23,532 nucleotides of DNA. It comes from an uncultured archaeon. Lineage in GTDB: Archaea > Asgardarchaeota > Thorarchaeia > Thorarchaeales > Thorarchaeaceae. The DNA is taken from positions 1 to 23,532 of the forward strand of contig CAZYLT010000026.1 in the NCBI GenBank assembly GCA_964648855.1, written 5' to 3'. Shown here one piece after another: positions 1-7,715 of the stretch (position 1 is the first letter of the stretch; every line of letters starts with the position of its first letter). The notes below the pieces were generated by a model. The model saw nothing but the letters and a program-made list of their open reading frames with translations, ran no database searches and was not told the DNA's origin. The translations under genes and the position numbers were made by a program.

Positions 1-176
1 CGTAAAATGCCATGTCCGTGCGGTAGGTATCTGTCAGATTTAGAAAAGAAGGAGCCTAGAGTCGATGTCATAATGTTAAAAAGCGCAATGACAGGCCCAT
101 CATCTAGGCAGTTGCCATGTATACCTAATTCTTGGTATTAGTCATAAGCAACTAGAACAATCACGGATGAATAGAT

Positions 177-1256
177 ATGTCACTCGCTCGCCAGAAACTC
201 AAGAGGAAGATTGAGCAGCTGAAAGAATATCAGGGTCGGCACAGCTCCTTCACTACCCTCTACATCCCTCCAACAAAAAGCCTGACTGATGTCATAAGCT
301 TTGTCCGGGACGAGTTAGCAGGAGCTGAGAATATCAAATCCAAAACAAATCGGAAGAATGTTTCCGATAACCTCACCGCAATTCTCAGCGAGCTAACCAA
401 AATCGGGCAAATGCCGGACAATGGAATTGCTTTCTTTTTCGGTATTGAAGAGGAAGGCGGTACGGGTGAAGAGGTTCGTGAAATTGTAGTTCCTCCGATG
501 CCCATCTCACAATTCAACTACGTATGTGGTCGTGAGTTTGATACCAGTGAACTAGAAGCGATGACTGTTCCAAAGAGCCTTGTCGTGATTGTGCTCATAG
601 AAGGTGGAAAGGTGACCATTGGCTACCTTCGTGGAAAGAGCGTCGAGCTGGTACGGGATGAAGACTTCTACATCATTGGTAAGACGAGAGCGGGGGGACA
701 GAGTGCAAAACGATACCAGCGTATTCGTGAAGAGAAAATACATGACTTCTACAAATACGTTGGGAATTTGCTAGAGGAATTGCTGTTAGATGATATCGAT
801 AATATTGATGCAATCGTCCTGGGCGGAAACACTATCCGAGCACAGGAGTTTCTTGAAAAAGGTGGACTAGATTATCGGCTTAAGGAAAAGGTCGCTGACA
901 ATATCATCTCGGTAAGTATGGTCGATGAATCAGGTCTCTATCAGGCTGTAAAAGAAGCATCTCGAATTATGCGTGAAACTGAGATTTATGAGGAAAGACA
1001 AGCTTGGGACGAGTTCATGGAGTCTCTGATGAAGGGTGACAGGGCAGCAACTTACGGTAAGGAAGAAGTCCTTAGAGCGCTAAGAAATGGACGCGTTGAA
1101 ACCCTCATGATAACTGAAGACAAAATGGAGCTAATTGATGAGATATATGATGAATTGGAGAAGTTTAGCACTGATCTCATGATATTCACACCGCAGACCG
1201 AATCAGGAGCGCAGCTCCAGAACTTCGGAGGCATTGCAGCTAATCTACGGTGGTAA
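177..1256 (+). CDS. prf1: Peptide chain release factor aRF1 (eRF1 family)
   Basis: NIKS motif (ENIKSK), YxCxxxF (YVCGREF), GGQ motif (AGGQSAKR), C-terminal FGGIAA.LR. Confidence 0.96.
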   Translation: MSLARQKLKRKIEQLKEYQGRHSSFTTLYIPPTKSLTDVISFVRDELAGAENIKSKTNRKNVSDNLTAILSELTKIGQMPDNGIAFFFGIEEEGGTGEEVREIVVPPMPISQFNYVCGREFDTSELEAMTVPKSLVVIVLIEGGKVTIGYLRGKSVELVRDEDFYIIGKTRAGGQSAKRYQRIREEKIHDFYKYVGNLLEELLLDDIDNIDAIVLGGNTIRAQEFLEKGGLDYRLKEKVADNIISVSMVDESGLYQAVKEASRIMRETEIYEERQAWDEFMESLMKGDRAATYGKEEVLRALRNGRVETLMITEDKMELIDEIYDELEKFSTDLMIFTPQTESGAQLQNFGGIAANLRW

Positions 1257-1260
1257 AGAC

Positions 1261-1671
1261 TCACTTTGGTGGTTCAGGTAGATCTGTCAAAGTTTCGATA
1301 TCAATGATCCAGTCATTTAGTGTCTTGGCTATGTCATTCATGTATTTCAGCAACTGATGATGAAAGTTAGTCAGGTGTTCTTGAGGCAACTTGGATGATT
1401 TCTTCTTGAAGTCCTTTACACGCTTTGGTAAGCCAGATTTCCACTTCTTCAGACTCAGGATTGCTTTTCTATCATTGAGAACTTGCTTCGCGACCCTCGA
1501 TTTCAGACGAAGCTCCAGCAACTCCTTTGCAGTAGTCTGAATGGCGATTGCAGCAACGACTAGTTCTTTCAGGTCTGCTTTCGTATCCTTATTCCTGGTT
1601 CTATAGTAAATCTCTTTCAAATCTCGTTTTGCAGAAAGTACGTCCCCCAGAAAAGTTCTCAGCTCTTTCAT
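1261..1671 (-). CDS. Hypothetical basic alpha-helical protein, probably co-transcribed with the Cas4-like pair
   Basis: 136-aa ORF with a GGGTGA RBS before the ATG; starts 18 nt after the stop of the upstream minus-strand gene. Confidence 0.75.
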   Translation of the reverse strand: MKELRTFLGDVLSAKRDLKEIYYRTRNKDTKADLKELVVAAIAIQTTAKELLELRLKSRVAKQVLNDRKAILSLKKWKSGLPKRVKDFKKKSSKLPQEHLTNFHHQLLKYMNDIAKTLNDWIIDIETLTDLPEPPK

Positions 1672-1689
1672 ACCTTTGTATCACCCATC

Positions 1690-2361
1690 TCAGTCATTAC
1701 TCTTTTGTTTCGCTTTCGACCATTGACAGAATTGTTTCGACGCATATGGACATATAGTGCATTTGCGAGTATCCGGCGAAGCCTGAGGCTTTCTGTTTTG
1801 AAACCAATATTGATTCAATGAATCAAGCTTCCTCATGGTTTCTCTTGGTGAGAAATTGCTCGTAAATACTGCGCCCCTATCGCATCTTAGGCAGGATGCT
1901 ATTGCTCTATTATGTTGACATTTGATTGCATCCTCTTGACGGCAATACGCAACAACTATCTTCGTTGAGCTACAACTCACACCAGAGTCCATCAGTGCCA
2001 GTGCATATAACGAAGCTTGAAAGATATCATATTCATGAGGGTTCCTGGGAAGGCTCCTTGTGGGAAACTTTCTCTCAAAAAGGGCATCAAGAATTGGAGA
2101 CTCTTCCCAATGGAGGATTGCAATGTCGAATCTTCCTCTAAATCTGTTAGAGATGGAATATACATCCTCTTCAGCAAAAACGAGATATCTGTTGATTATC
2201 TTCTTGGGAGGCTTTTTCCCGATATAGTTTCTTAGGAGCATTTGAGTACGAGATGACTTCTGAACGAGCTTTTCTAGGTAGCTGAAGTTTCCGTGAATCA
2301 ATCCGTGAAGTGCGAACAACGACAAGACTAGGAACATGAAAAAGAGGATTGATTGGAACAT
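1690..2361 (-). CDS. Membrane-anchored Cas4-like PD-(D/E)xK nuclease, C-terminal (catalytic) part
   Basis: Likely start MFQSIL at 2361 with TAAGGTG RBS; N-terminal TM helix; GRFD, FERK (ExK), QASLYA (QxxxY); C-terminal CTIC-x7-C. Confidence 0.8.
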   Translation of the reverse strand: MFQSILFFMFLVLSLFALHGLIHGNFSYLEKLVQKSSRTQMLLRNYIGKKPPKKIINRYLVFAEEDVYSISNRFRGRFDIAILHWEESPILDALFERKFPTRSLPRNPHEYDIFQASLYALALMDSGVSCSSTKIVVAYCRQEDAIKCQHNRAIASCLRCDRGAVFTSNFSPRETMRKLDSLNQYWFQNRKPQASPDTRKCTICPYASKQFCQWSKAKQKSND

Positions 2362-2374
2362 CGCATCTAGCACC

Positions 2375-2626
2375 TTATAACATAATCCAGATAATTGCGG
2401 TAATAATCGCAATGATGAGAGAGATCCAACTTATGGCGCCCATGCTCGGTTTCTTTGGTACGATGGTGTTGGCCTCACTATGCAATAATGAACCAGTCAC
2501 CCCAGATGCAAGTTCAGTGGATCCGTATTCTCTTCTTAGATGCAAACGATATTCACAAATGAGCTGTATCCTGAGTTCCGCTACAGTTCGATAGTGATCT
2601 GGGTACTTCATCGATGAAGTTGTCAT
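2375..2626 (-). CDS. Small protein carrying the Cas4 N-terminal motif plus a C-terminal TM anchor
   Basis: TVAELRIQLICEYRLHL...G...GSLLH resembles the Cas4 N-terminus (first Fe-S Cys, GxxxH); hydrophobic C-terminus AISWISLIIAIITAIIWIML. Confidence 0.7.
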   Translation of the reverse strand: MTTSSMKYPDHYRTVAELRIQLICEYRLHLRREYGSTELASGVTGSLLHSEANTIVPKKPSMGAISWISLIIAIITAIIWIML

Positions 2627-2676
2627 TCTTGCGGCCTCACTACGAATGTACGAATCTTAACTCAAAAACTACACAC

Positions 2677-2824
2677 TTATTCCTTGATGAAAAATAAGAA
2701 TGGAATGCTTGAGAGAACAAAAATCATCGGAACAATCAATGCATTTTGTAGCCCCATACCAGGAATATCTGCAACGAAGCCAGTGATAAATGGTCCAAGA
2801 CCTCCCGATAACGAGATGATTATT
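2677..2824 (-). pseudogene. C-terminal remnant (last two TM helices) of an MFS transporter
   Basis: Manual translation IIISLSGGLGPFITGFVADIPGMGLQNALIVPMIFVLSSIPFLFFIKE*; GPxxxGxxxD is typical of MFS TM11; no upstream portion present. Confidence 0.7.
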
Positions 2825-3037
2825 TCTGGTCCTTTCAATGTTTCAGACCATTTGGAAGGTGAATTTGTTGAATTATCGAGAAATAAAGACTACTTCTACT
2901 CGAAGTAGGACCCACGGGTGCAAGATTCAACTTTGTTTGATATGCATTTCATCATGTCGAGTATGCTGGCGCTTGCTGTAGGCGTAGGTGCTATTGGACT
3001 CTATGAACTCAAACATCGCAGGGAGATCTGTATTTAA
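2816..3037 (+). pseudogene. C-terminal remnant of a family-5 ABC substrate-binding protein with TM anchor
   Basis: MIISGPFNVSDHLEGEFVELSRNKDYFYSK*DPRVQDSTLFDMHFIMSSMLALAVGVGAIGLYELKHRREICI*; fits the SBP_bac_5 GPF..G..v.L.rN.dY motif; in-frame TAG at 2906-2908. Confidence 0.65.
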
Positions 3038-3239
3038 GTGCCTTTTCCGCCTAAGAAAACAACCGGAATAGCAAAGCCAAATCCCAAACACTAAGGCGAC
3101 CACGATTTCCATGCTTTTTTCTGGTTTCCGAGGTAGTTGCCTCGCCAGCATATTTAAACGAGAGAACTTTATTTATGAGATGCCTTACATATGAAACGCT
3201 GAATATGCCTTGAATATCAAGGTCATGGGGACTTCAAGC

Positions 3240-3245
3240 AGGTGA
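3240..3245 (+). promoter_or_regulatory. Shine-Dalgarno site AGGTGA
   Basis: Lies 4 nt upstream of the ATG at 3250. Confidence 0.7.
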
Positions 3246-3249
3246 TCAA

Positions 3250-3675
3250 ATGTCACAAAAGGAAAATTACGATGGCGCAACTGCAGGAAAGGTATTAGTT
3301 TTTGATGAAAGCGAAACGGTTAGTTTCCCTAAAAAGTTCAAAGATGCCATGGGGACAGGTAAGGGCTTGATGGTCCTTGTACACAAAGACCGTCTCATCA
3401 AGATTTTCCCACTGGAGTCTGATAAGGTCAGCTATCTTAGTCTTGAGATTGGGAAACTCACTAACGACTTTCTTACGAAGTTATCTCAAATATTCAAGAA
3501 GTCGGGTCTTGTGGATCTGCTGTTCTCAACAGGTGTCTGCCTTAGAGGGACCAGATGTTTCTATGAATGCTATTTTGACCCTGAGCAGCTTGGCGTGACT
3601 GAGGATGAGCTAAATTCATCTTTGTCAGAGTTGGGCGGAGTTAAAAAGGTCATCATGGAGAGCGTCAAGAAATAG
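3250..3675 (+). CDS. AbrB-like DNA-binding domain fused to an ACT-like domain (putative regulator)
   Basis: N-terminal D..tv.fPk.f...mG pattern resembles AbrB; C-terminal beta-alpha-beta-beta-alpha-beta pattern ending L..L.GVKKV resembles ACT. Confidence 0.6.
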   Translation: MSQKENYDGATAGKVLVFDESETVSFPKKFKDAMGTGKGLMVLVHKDRLIKIFPLESDKVSYLSLEIGKLTNDFLTKLSQIFKKSGLVDLLFSTGVCLRGTRCFYECYFDPEQLGVTEDELNSSLSELGGVKKVIMESVKK

Positions 3676-3763
3676 GCGAAATTCTTTGTAGCAAATTAGG
3701 GTATTACGACTTGCATTTGAGCATTCTGAACTAGTGACATAAACGATGTAATTGCAATTCACT

Positions 3764-4455
3764 CTATTCATTGTGATTTTCCAAATTCACGTTGTTACCT
3801 TCTTTGGAAGAGAGCCAGTCTGATTCAACGAGACCCTTTTGAAGTAGAATAACTCCTACCAATGAAACACATCCTAAGATAATCTGAGCAGTCGGAATTC
3901 CAGCAACCGAGATTAACCAACCAAAGACAGATATCTGTGGTATCGCTAGGAGGAGTATTATTGTTGGAAGAAGCGAATATACGCTGTTTCTGTTCTTGTT
4001 GGGGATTGCATGAACATATACTCGTGATATCAGAACCCCTGCAATGCGGAGGAAGGCACCACAAACAACGAATGTGGCAATTATGAAACCAACAGGAGAA
4101 TGGACAGAGTTGGAATTCTCAGGATCAGAATCTCAGTGAAAGGAAAATGGAAGTCAATCATTGGTGAGTTCCCTCCAGGTGACTCGAAGACCAACATGAT
4201 GGCTACAAATACCCAGAAGAAAATCGCTCCACAGGTTTGAATGAAACAGAATGTTGGAATCCACTTTTTCGGCTCAAACTTTTTAACCCAAACACCTGAG
4301 CGTTCGGAATAGAAGACCAACGGAATCATAACGATTGTACGAAGTGATGCCACAGCGACGTCCGTCACTAGATAGCTGTAGTACATAGGATATAGGATGA
4401 GGTTCCCCCAGACTGTCACGCAACTTGAAAGCAGCATGGCTCCAAACAGAATGCA
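3764..4455 (-). pseudogene. Truncated, frameshifted MFS transporter (C-terminal half only)
   Basis: Hydrophobic ORF 4081-4437 continues after a frameshift near 4095 as PVGFIIATFVVCGAFLRIAGVLISRVYVHAIPNKNRNSVYSLLPTIILLLAIPQISVFGWLISVAGIPTAQIILGCVSLVGVILLQKG...NE*; IPxxxRxxxxS is an MFS loop motif; N-terminal half absent. Confidence 0.75.
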
Positions 4456-4476
4456 TTATATCTGCGTCAAACATGA

Positions 4477-5169
4477 TTGCTTACTAGGACTTTGGTGCTT
4501 ATAGTGCAGGACTTGTATCAATTTGTAATAGACTTGATTCTGCTAGGATACTTGGGTCTCTTCGTTGCCTGCTTCATCAGTAATATGATTCCGTTTATTT
4601 CACCTTCTAATATGGTTCTCGCTGGCGTTGCTTCGCTTTTACTCCCAACTTTAGGTTGGATCCAGATTGGCATCATTGTTGCTATGGCAGCGACTCTTGC
4701 GAAATTCGCTCACTACTATGTAGTTCGTACCTCAAGAGTTATCATCTCTGAAGAAAGGCTTGAATCCATTGACAAGGAGAGGGAACGAGTCGAAAAGTGG
4801 GGTGGGCTGGCGCTGTTCATTGCTGCCGCATCTCCTATCCCGGATGACGCCATCATCATATATACAGCCCTCACCAAGTATAGCATTCCGAAATTCAATT
4901 TGAGTTATTTTGTGGGCAAGGCTTCTGTAACATTGGCTGGTGCACTCATTGGATATACCATCGGTGGTCTATTTGAGTCGGCTCCTCTTGTGATAGCCTC
5001 AATTGCCTTTGCAGCGCTACTAACAGGTCTTCTCTTTAACAGGGGGAGGGCGGCGGATGAGTCGGAAATCGTGGAAGAAGCTCTGGAAGAGCGTTGTTTT
5101 GACGATGAAGACCATGAATCCTCTGAGGAAGAAATTCAGTCCGATGATGCTCAAAGTGGTCCTTCGTAA
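4477..5169 (+). CDS. DedA/VTT-domain (SNARE-associated family) membrane protein; start may be GTG at 4504
   Basis: SNMIPF re-entrant motif, EKWGGLALFIAAASPIPDD, F.L..FVGK; acidic tail. Confidence 0.85.
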   Translation: MLTRTLVLIVQDLYQFVIDLILLGYLGLFVACFISNMIPFISPSNMVLAGVASLLLPTLGWIQIGIIVAMAATLAKFAHYYVVRTSRVIISEERLESIDKERERVEKWGGLALFIAAASPIPDDAIIIYTALTKYSIPKFNLSYFVGKASVTLAGALIGYTIGGLFESAPLVIASIAFAALLTGLLFNRGRAADESEIVEEALEERCFDDEDHESSEEEIQSDDAQSGPS

Positions 5170-5217
5170 GTCTTAAGTGGCTTAGTTAAGGGGGCTACTT
5201 GCTTTGGTGAAAATCAG

Positions 5218-5613
5218 ATGCCCGGGACCAGCACAACTGAAATAGACTGTGTAAAATGCCAGACAACTTATGAGGCGGAGGTCGTAGACCACATTGACCT
5301 CTCAGAAGACCGAGATATGATCCGAGCGTTGAGGGCTGGCAAAGTAAATCGCGTTCAATGTCCCAAATGCAGAAAGGTAATGTATTTGGATAGAAGCGTT
5401 GTCATTAATTTTGAACCAGAGAACCTGATAGTCGTCTATGACCCAGAGGCAACATCAGCAGGAACGAAAAAGCAATTCGAGGAGGAATTCAGGAACGTAA
5501 CCTCATTCGATGAAAACCTGTCTGAAGTTGCCGAAGATACTGATTTCAGAGTTATCTCTGATTTAGATGAACTGAAACAGTTACTGAAGGAATATAGGAA
5601 AACCTATCTATAG
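5218..5613 (+). CDS. CpXC-domain zinc-binding protein
   Basis: CVKC...l..G.vN...CPKC pattern; GGTGA RBS. Confidence 0.8.
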   Translation: MPGTSTTEIDCVKCQTTYEAEVVDHIDLSEDRDMIRALRAGKVNRVQCPKCRKVMYLDRSVVINFEPENLIVVYDPEATSAGTKKQFEEEFRNVTSFDENLSEVAEDTDFRVISDLDELKQLLKEYRKTYL

Positions 5614-6675
5614 ATCTCTTTTGCCTAGCAAGAACTCCTCTACCCAGCGTTCAGCTCTATACATCTTTGTTGGCTTAGGTGGCATCTTGAAACCATATGC
5701 TGAAATTGATTCAAGCGCTCCTCCGATTCCTCTGTTTAAAGCTAGTTTTGTACCCCTGATTGCGTCAAAGAGTATCGGCCCGGCGTTCGGTCCATCTGTT
5801 ACTTCCATTCTAATGTCTATCTTAATCGGTGCACCACCAAACTGGCGACCATGAATGTAGAAGTATGAATCGCGAGAATTGTCCATAAAGGGAACATAGT
5901 CTGATGAACCCGCCACGATTGGTGCATCATATGGAACATCTTGACCTACTGCAGAGCTCTTTACTCCTCGCTTCCGCATTCGGCCTCGATAGTGTGAGTC
6001 TAGAGACTCTGCACCTCCACCCACATCTAGTTGGTAGCTCTCATCGACCTTGACGCCTCTTGATACAAGTAATTGCATGAGGTTTCTATGAAGTACTGTT
6101 GAGCCAAGCTGGTCCTGAATATCGTCTCCAACAAGGGGAATGCCTTTATCTTTGAATTTCCTGTCCCACTCTGGGTCTGAGGCTACGGATATTGGTGTAC
6201 CATTAATGAACGCACAACCCGCATCGAGTGCTGCCTGAGCGTAGAATTTTGTTGCCTTTTCTGCAGAGCCGGGTATGAGACAGATTACCATATCGGCCTT
6301 GCTATCCCGTAGTACATCGACTACATCTGTCTCCTTGGCATCAGAAACCTTTACGAGGGCATTGAGATTCTTGTCTACTCCATCCAGTTCTTTTCCTCGA
6401 TGCACCTTAACGCCTGTCTTCTCTATCTTTGCAAATTTCATGACATTATTTGGTTGTGCAAAAATTGCCTCGGCCAAATCTGCGCCAACCTTTCCCTGAA
6501 CTACATCAAACGCCGCAACAAACTCAATATCTCTTACATGATATCCAGCAAAGTCTGGATGGTCCAGTCCAATGATATCGTCGTTTGCTCTTGCATCCTT
6601 ATAATACTCTACGCCTTGCACCAATGCGCTGGCACAGTTACCGATGCCAACTAATGCTACTTTTATATCGCTCAT
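5608..6675 (-). CDS. ino1: myo-inositol-1-phosphate synthase family protein (divergent)
   Basis: GIGNCASALVQG NAD-binding motif, FVAAFDV, GDD, terminal FKMPP; start MSDIK at 6675 supported by an upstream TATA box. Confidence 0.88.
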   Translation of the reverse strand: MSDIKVALVGIGNCASALVQGVEYYKDARANDDIIGLDHPDFAGYHVRDIEFVAAFDVVQGKVGADLAEAIFAQPNNVMKFAKIEKTGVKVHRGKELDGVDKNLNALVKVSDAKETDVVDVLRDSKADMVICLIPGSAEKATKFYAQAALDAGCAFINGTPISVASDPEWDRKFKDKGIPLVGDDIQDQLGSTVLHRNLMQLLVSRGVKVDESYQLDVGGGAESLDSHYRGRMRKRGVKSSAVGQDVPYDAPIVAGSSDYVPFMDNSRDSYFYIHGRQFGGAPIKIDIRMEVTDGPNAGPILFDAIRGTKLALNRGIGGALESISAYGFKMPPKPTKMYRAERWVEEFLLGKRDL

Positions 6676-6725
6676 ATCGAGAACATCCAGCTTGCCTTTC
6701 CTAAGCCTTTGAGAATATTCTATCA

Positions 6726-6737
6726 TTATAAAGTTTT
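6726..6737 (-). promoter_or_regulatory. BRE/TATA promoter of ino1
   Basis: Minus strand reads AAAACTTTATAA, about 50 nt upstream of ATG 6675. Confidence 0.6.
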
Positions 6738-6806
6738 ACGGACATAGAATAGTATGAGGCAGAGCGGCATGTGGCAGTAAACTTAATTGCCTTGGCGCGG
6801 AATACT

Positions 6807-7067
6807 ATGGTGGACGATAGATTGGCATACGTGCTCCAAGTTGTAGTCCCGAGGCGGTGGGATTACTCTACTGTCAATCGACACCTATAGGAATGTCCAG
6901 ATCATTGGAGGTTCCTGCTGAAGAAGATGGTGTCCACATTGACGGACGAGGAGCTATTCATGTTCATCAAAAGGGGTGGACCTCAGCCTTTCGGGCGTGA
7001 GAAAAAAATTGGGTGGTGTCAATCGTCGTCCACTTTTTCTTCCAATCAGCCATCTGTCAATAGTTAG
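6807..7067 (+). pseudogene. Possible small gene interrupted by one in-frame TAG
   Basis: MVDDRLAYVLQVVVPRRWDYSTVNRHL*ECPDHWRFLLKKMVSTLTDEELFMFIKRGGPQPFG...; AAACTTAATT TATA-like element about 20 nt upstream. Confidence 0.35.
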
Positions 7068-7294
7068 TGCAATAGGAATTCATAAGATTGTTTTTTCCTC
7101 TAAATCCTACAACGGTGCATTCAAGAATCCCATCCGTTCCTTAGGTTTTCTTTCTCACCCATGAAGTCACTATTCAACTAGCATAGCATTATTATGGGAA
7201 TAGGAATGGACATTTGAAACACAGGGGGTTCAGGCCGACCTGAGCCTTCAGAAGAAATCTCGTCAAGAGCACCCAATGATTTCAGGGCTAAGAA

Positions 7295-7705
7295 GTGAGC
7301 AAGATGAAAACAGACTACGACCCAATTGAGATGAAGATTGCGGACCTGAAACCAAGAATGAAGCGTCTCAAAGTGACATTCAAGGTAATCGAAAAAGGTG
7401 ATGCTAGAGAGGTTACCATAAAGCGCGATGATTCCAATCACCTTATCGCTGATGCACTGGTGGCTGATGAAACTGGTTGCGTTGTTATGCCTCTCTGGGA
7501 CGAAATGATAGACGAGGTAGAGGTCGGTAGTAAATATACACTAAGCAATGGCTATACTGGCACCTTTCGAGGGAGTCTTCGGCTCAAAATTGGCAAGTAC
7601 GGCAAAATCACGGATGCAGAAGAAGAGATTGACGAAGTTAATCTGGAAAATGATGTTAAAAAAATAGCAGGAGAAACACATTACTACCGTGGAAAGGGTA
7701 CTTAA
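7295..7705 (+). CDS. ssb: Single OB-fold single-stranded DNA-binding protein (archaeal SSB/RPA type); start may be ATG 7304
   Basis: KIADLKP...VADETG.V...LWD...NGY...FRG.L.L.IGKYG. Confidence 0.9.
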   Translation: MSKMKTDYDPIEMKIADLKPRMKRLKVTFKVIEKGDAREVTIKRDDSNHLIADALVADETGCVVMPLWDEMIDEVEVGSKYTLSNGYTGTFRGSLRLKIGKYGKITDAEEEIDEVNLENDVKKIAGETHYYRGKGT

Positions 7706-7715
7706 TATAAAATCT

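Noticed and set aside
1-176. Partial gene at the window edge
   Set aside because: The short plus frame and a possible minus-strand ATG at 13 have too little sequence to support a call.
2684-2908. 74-aa plus ORF as a real gene
   Set aside because: Chimera of antisense MFS sequence and a substrate-binding-protein remnant.
2890-2908. CTACTTC/GAAGTAG inverted repeat
   Set aside because: A 7-bp stem within former coding sequence is expected by chance.
2927-3151. 74-aa minus ORF with a hydrophobic stretch
   Set aside because: Overlaps the plus-strand remnant, with no RBS or recognisable family; at most another fragment.
1-3250. CRISPR array or cas operon near the Cas4-like genes
   Set aside because: No regularly spaced direct repeats and no cas1/cas2 seen.
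6727-7290. SRP RNA, RNase P RNA or tRNA in the long intergenic region
   Set aside because: No GAGGAAAGUCC, SRP helix-8 or T-loop consensus seen.
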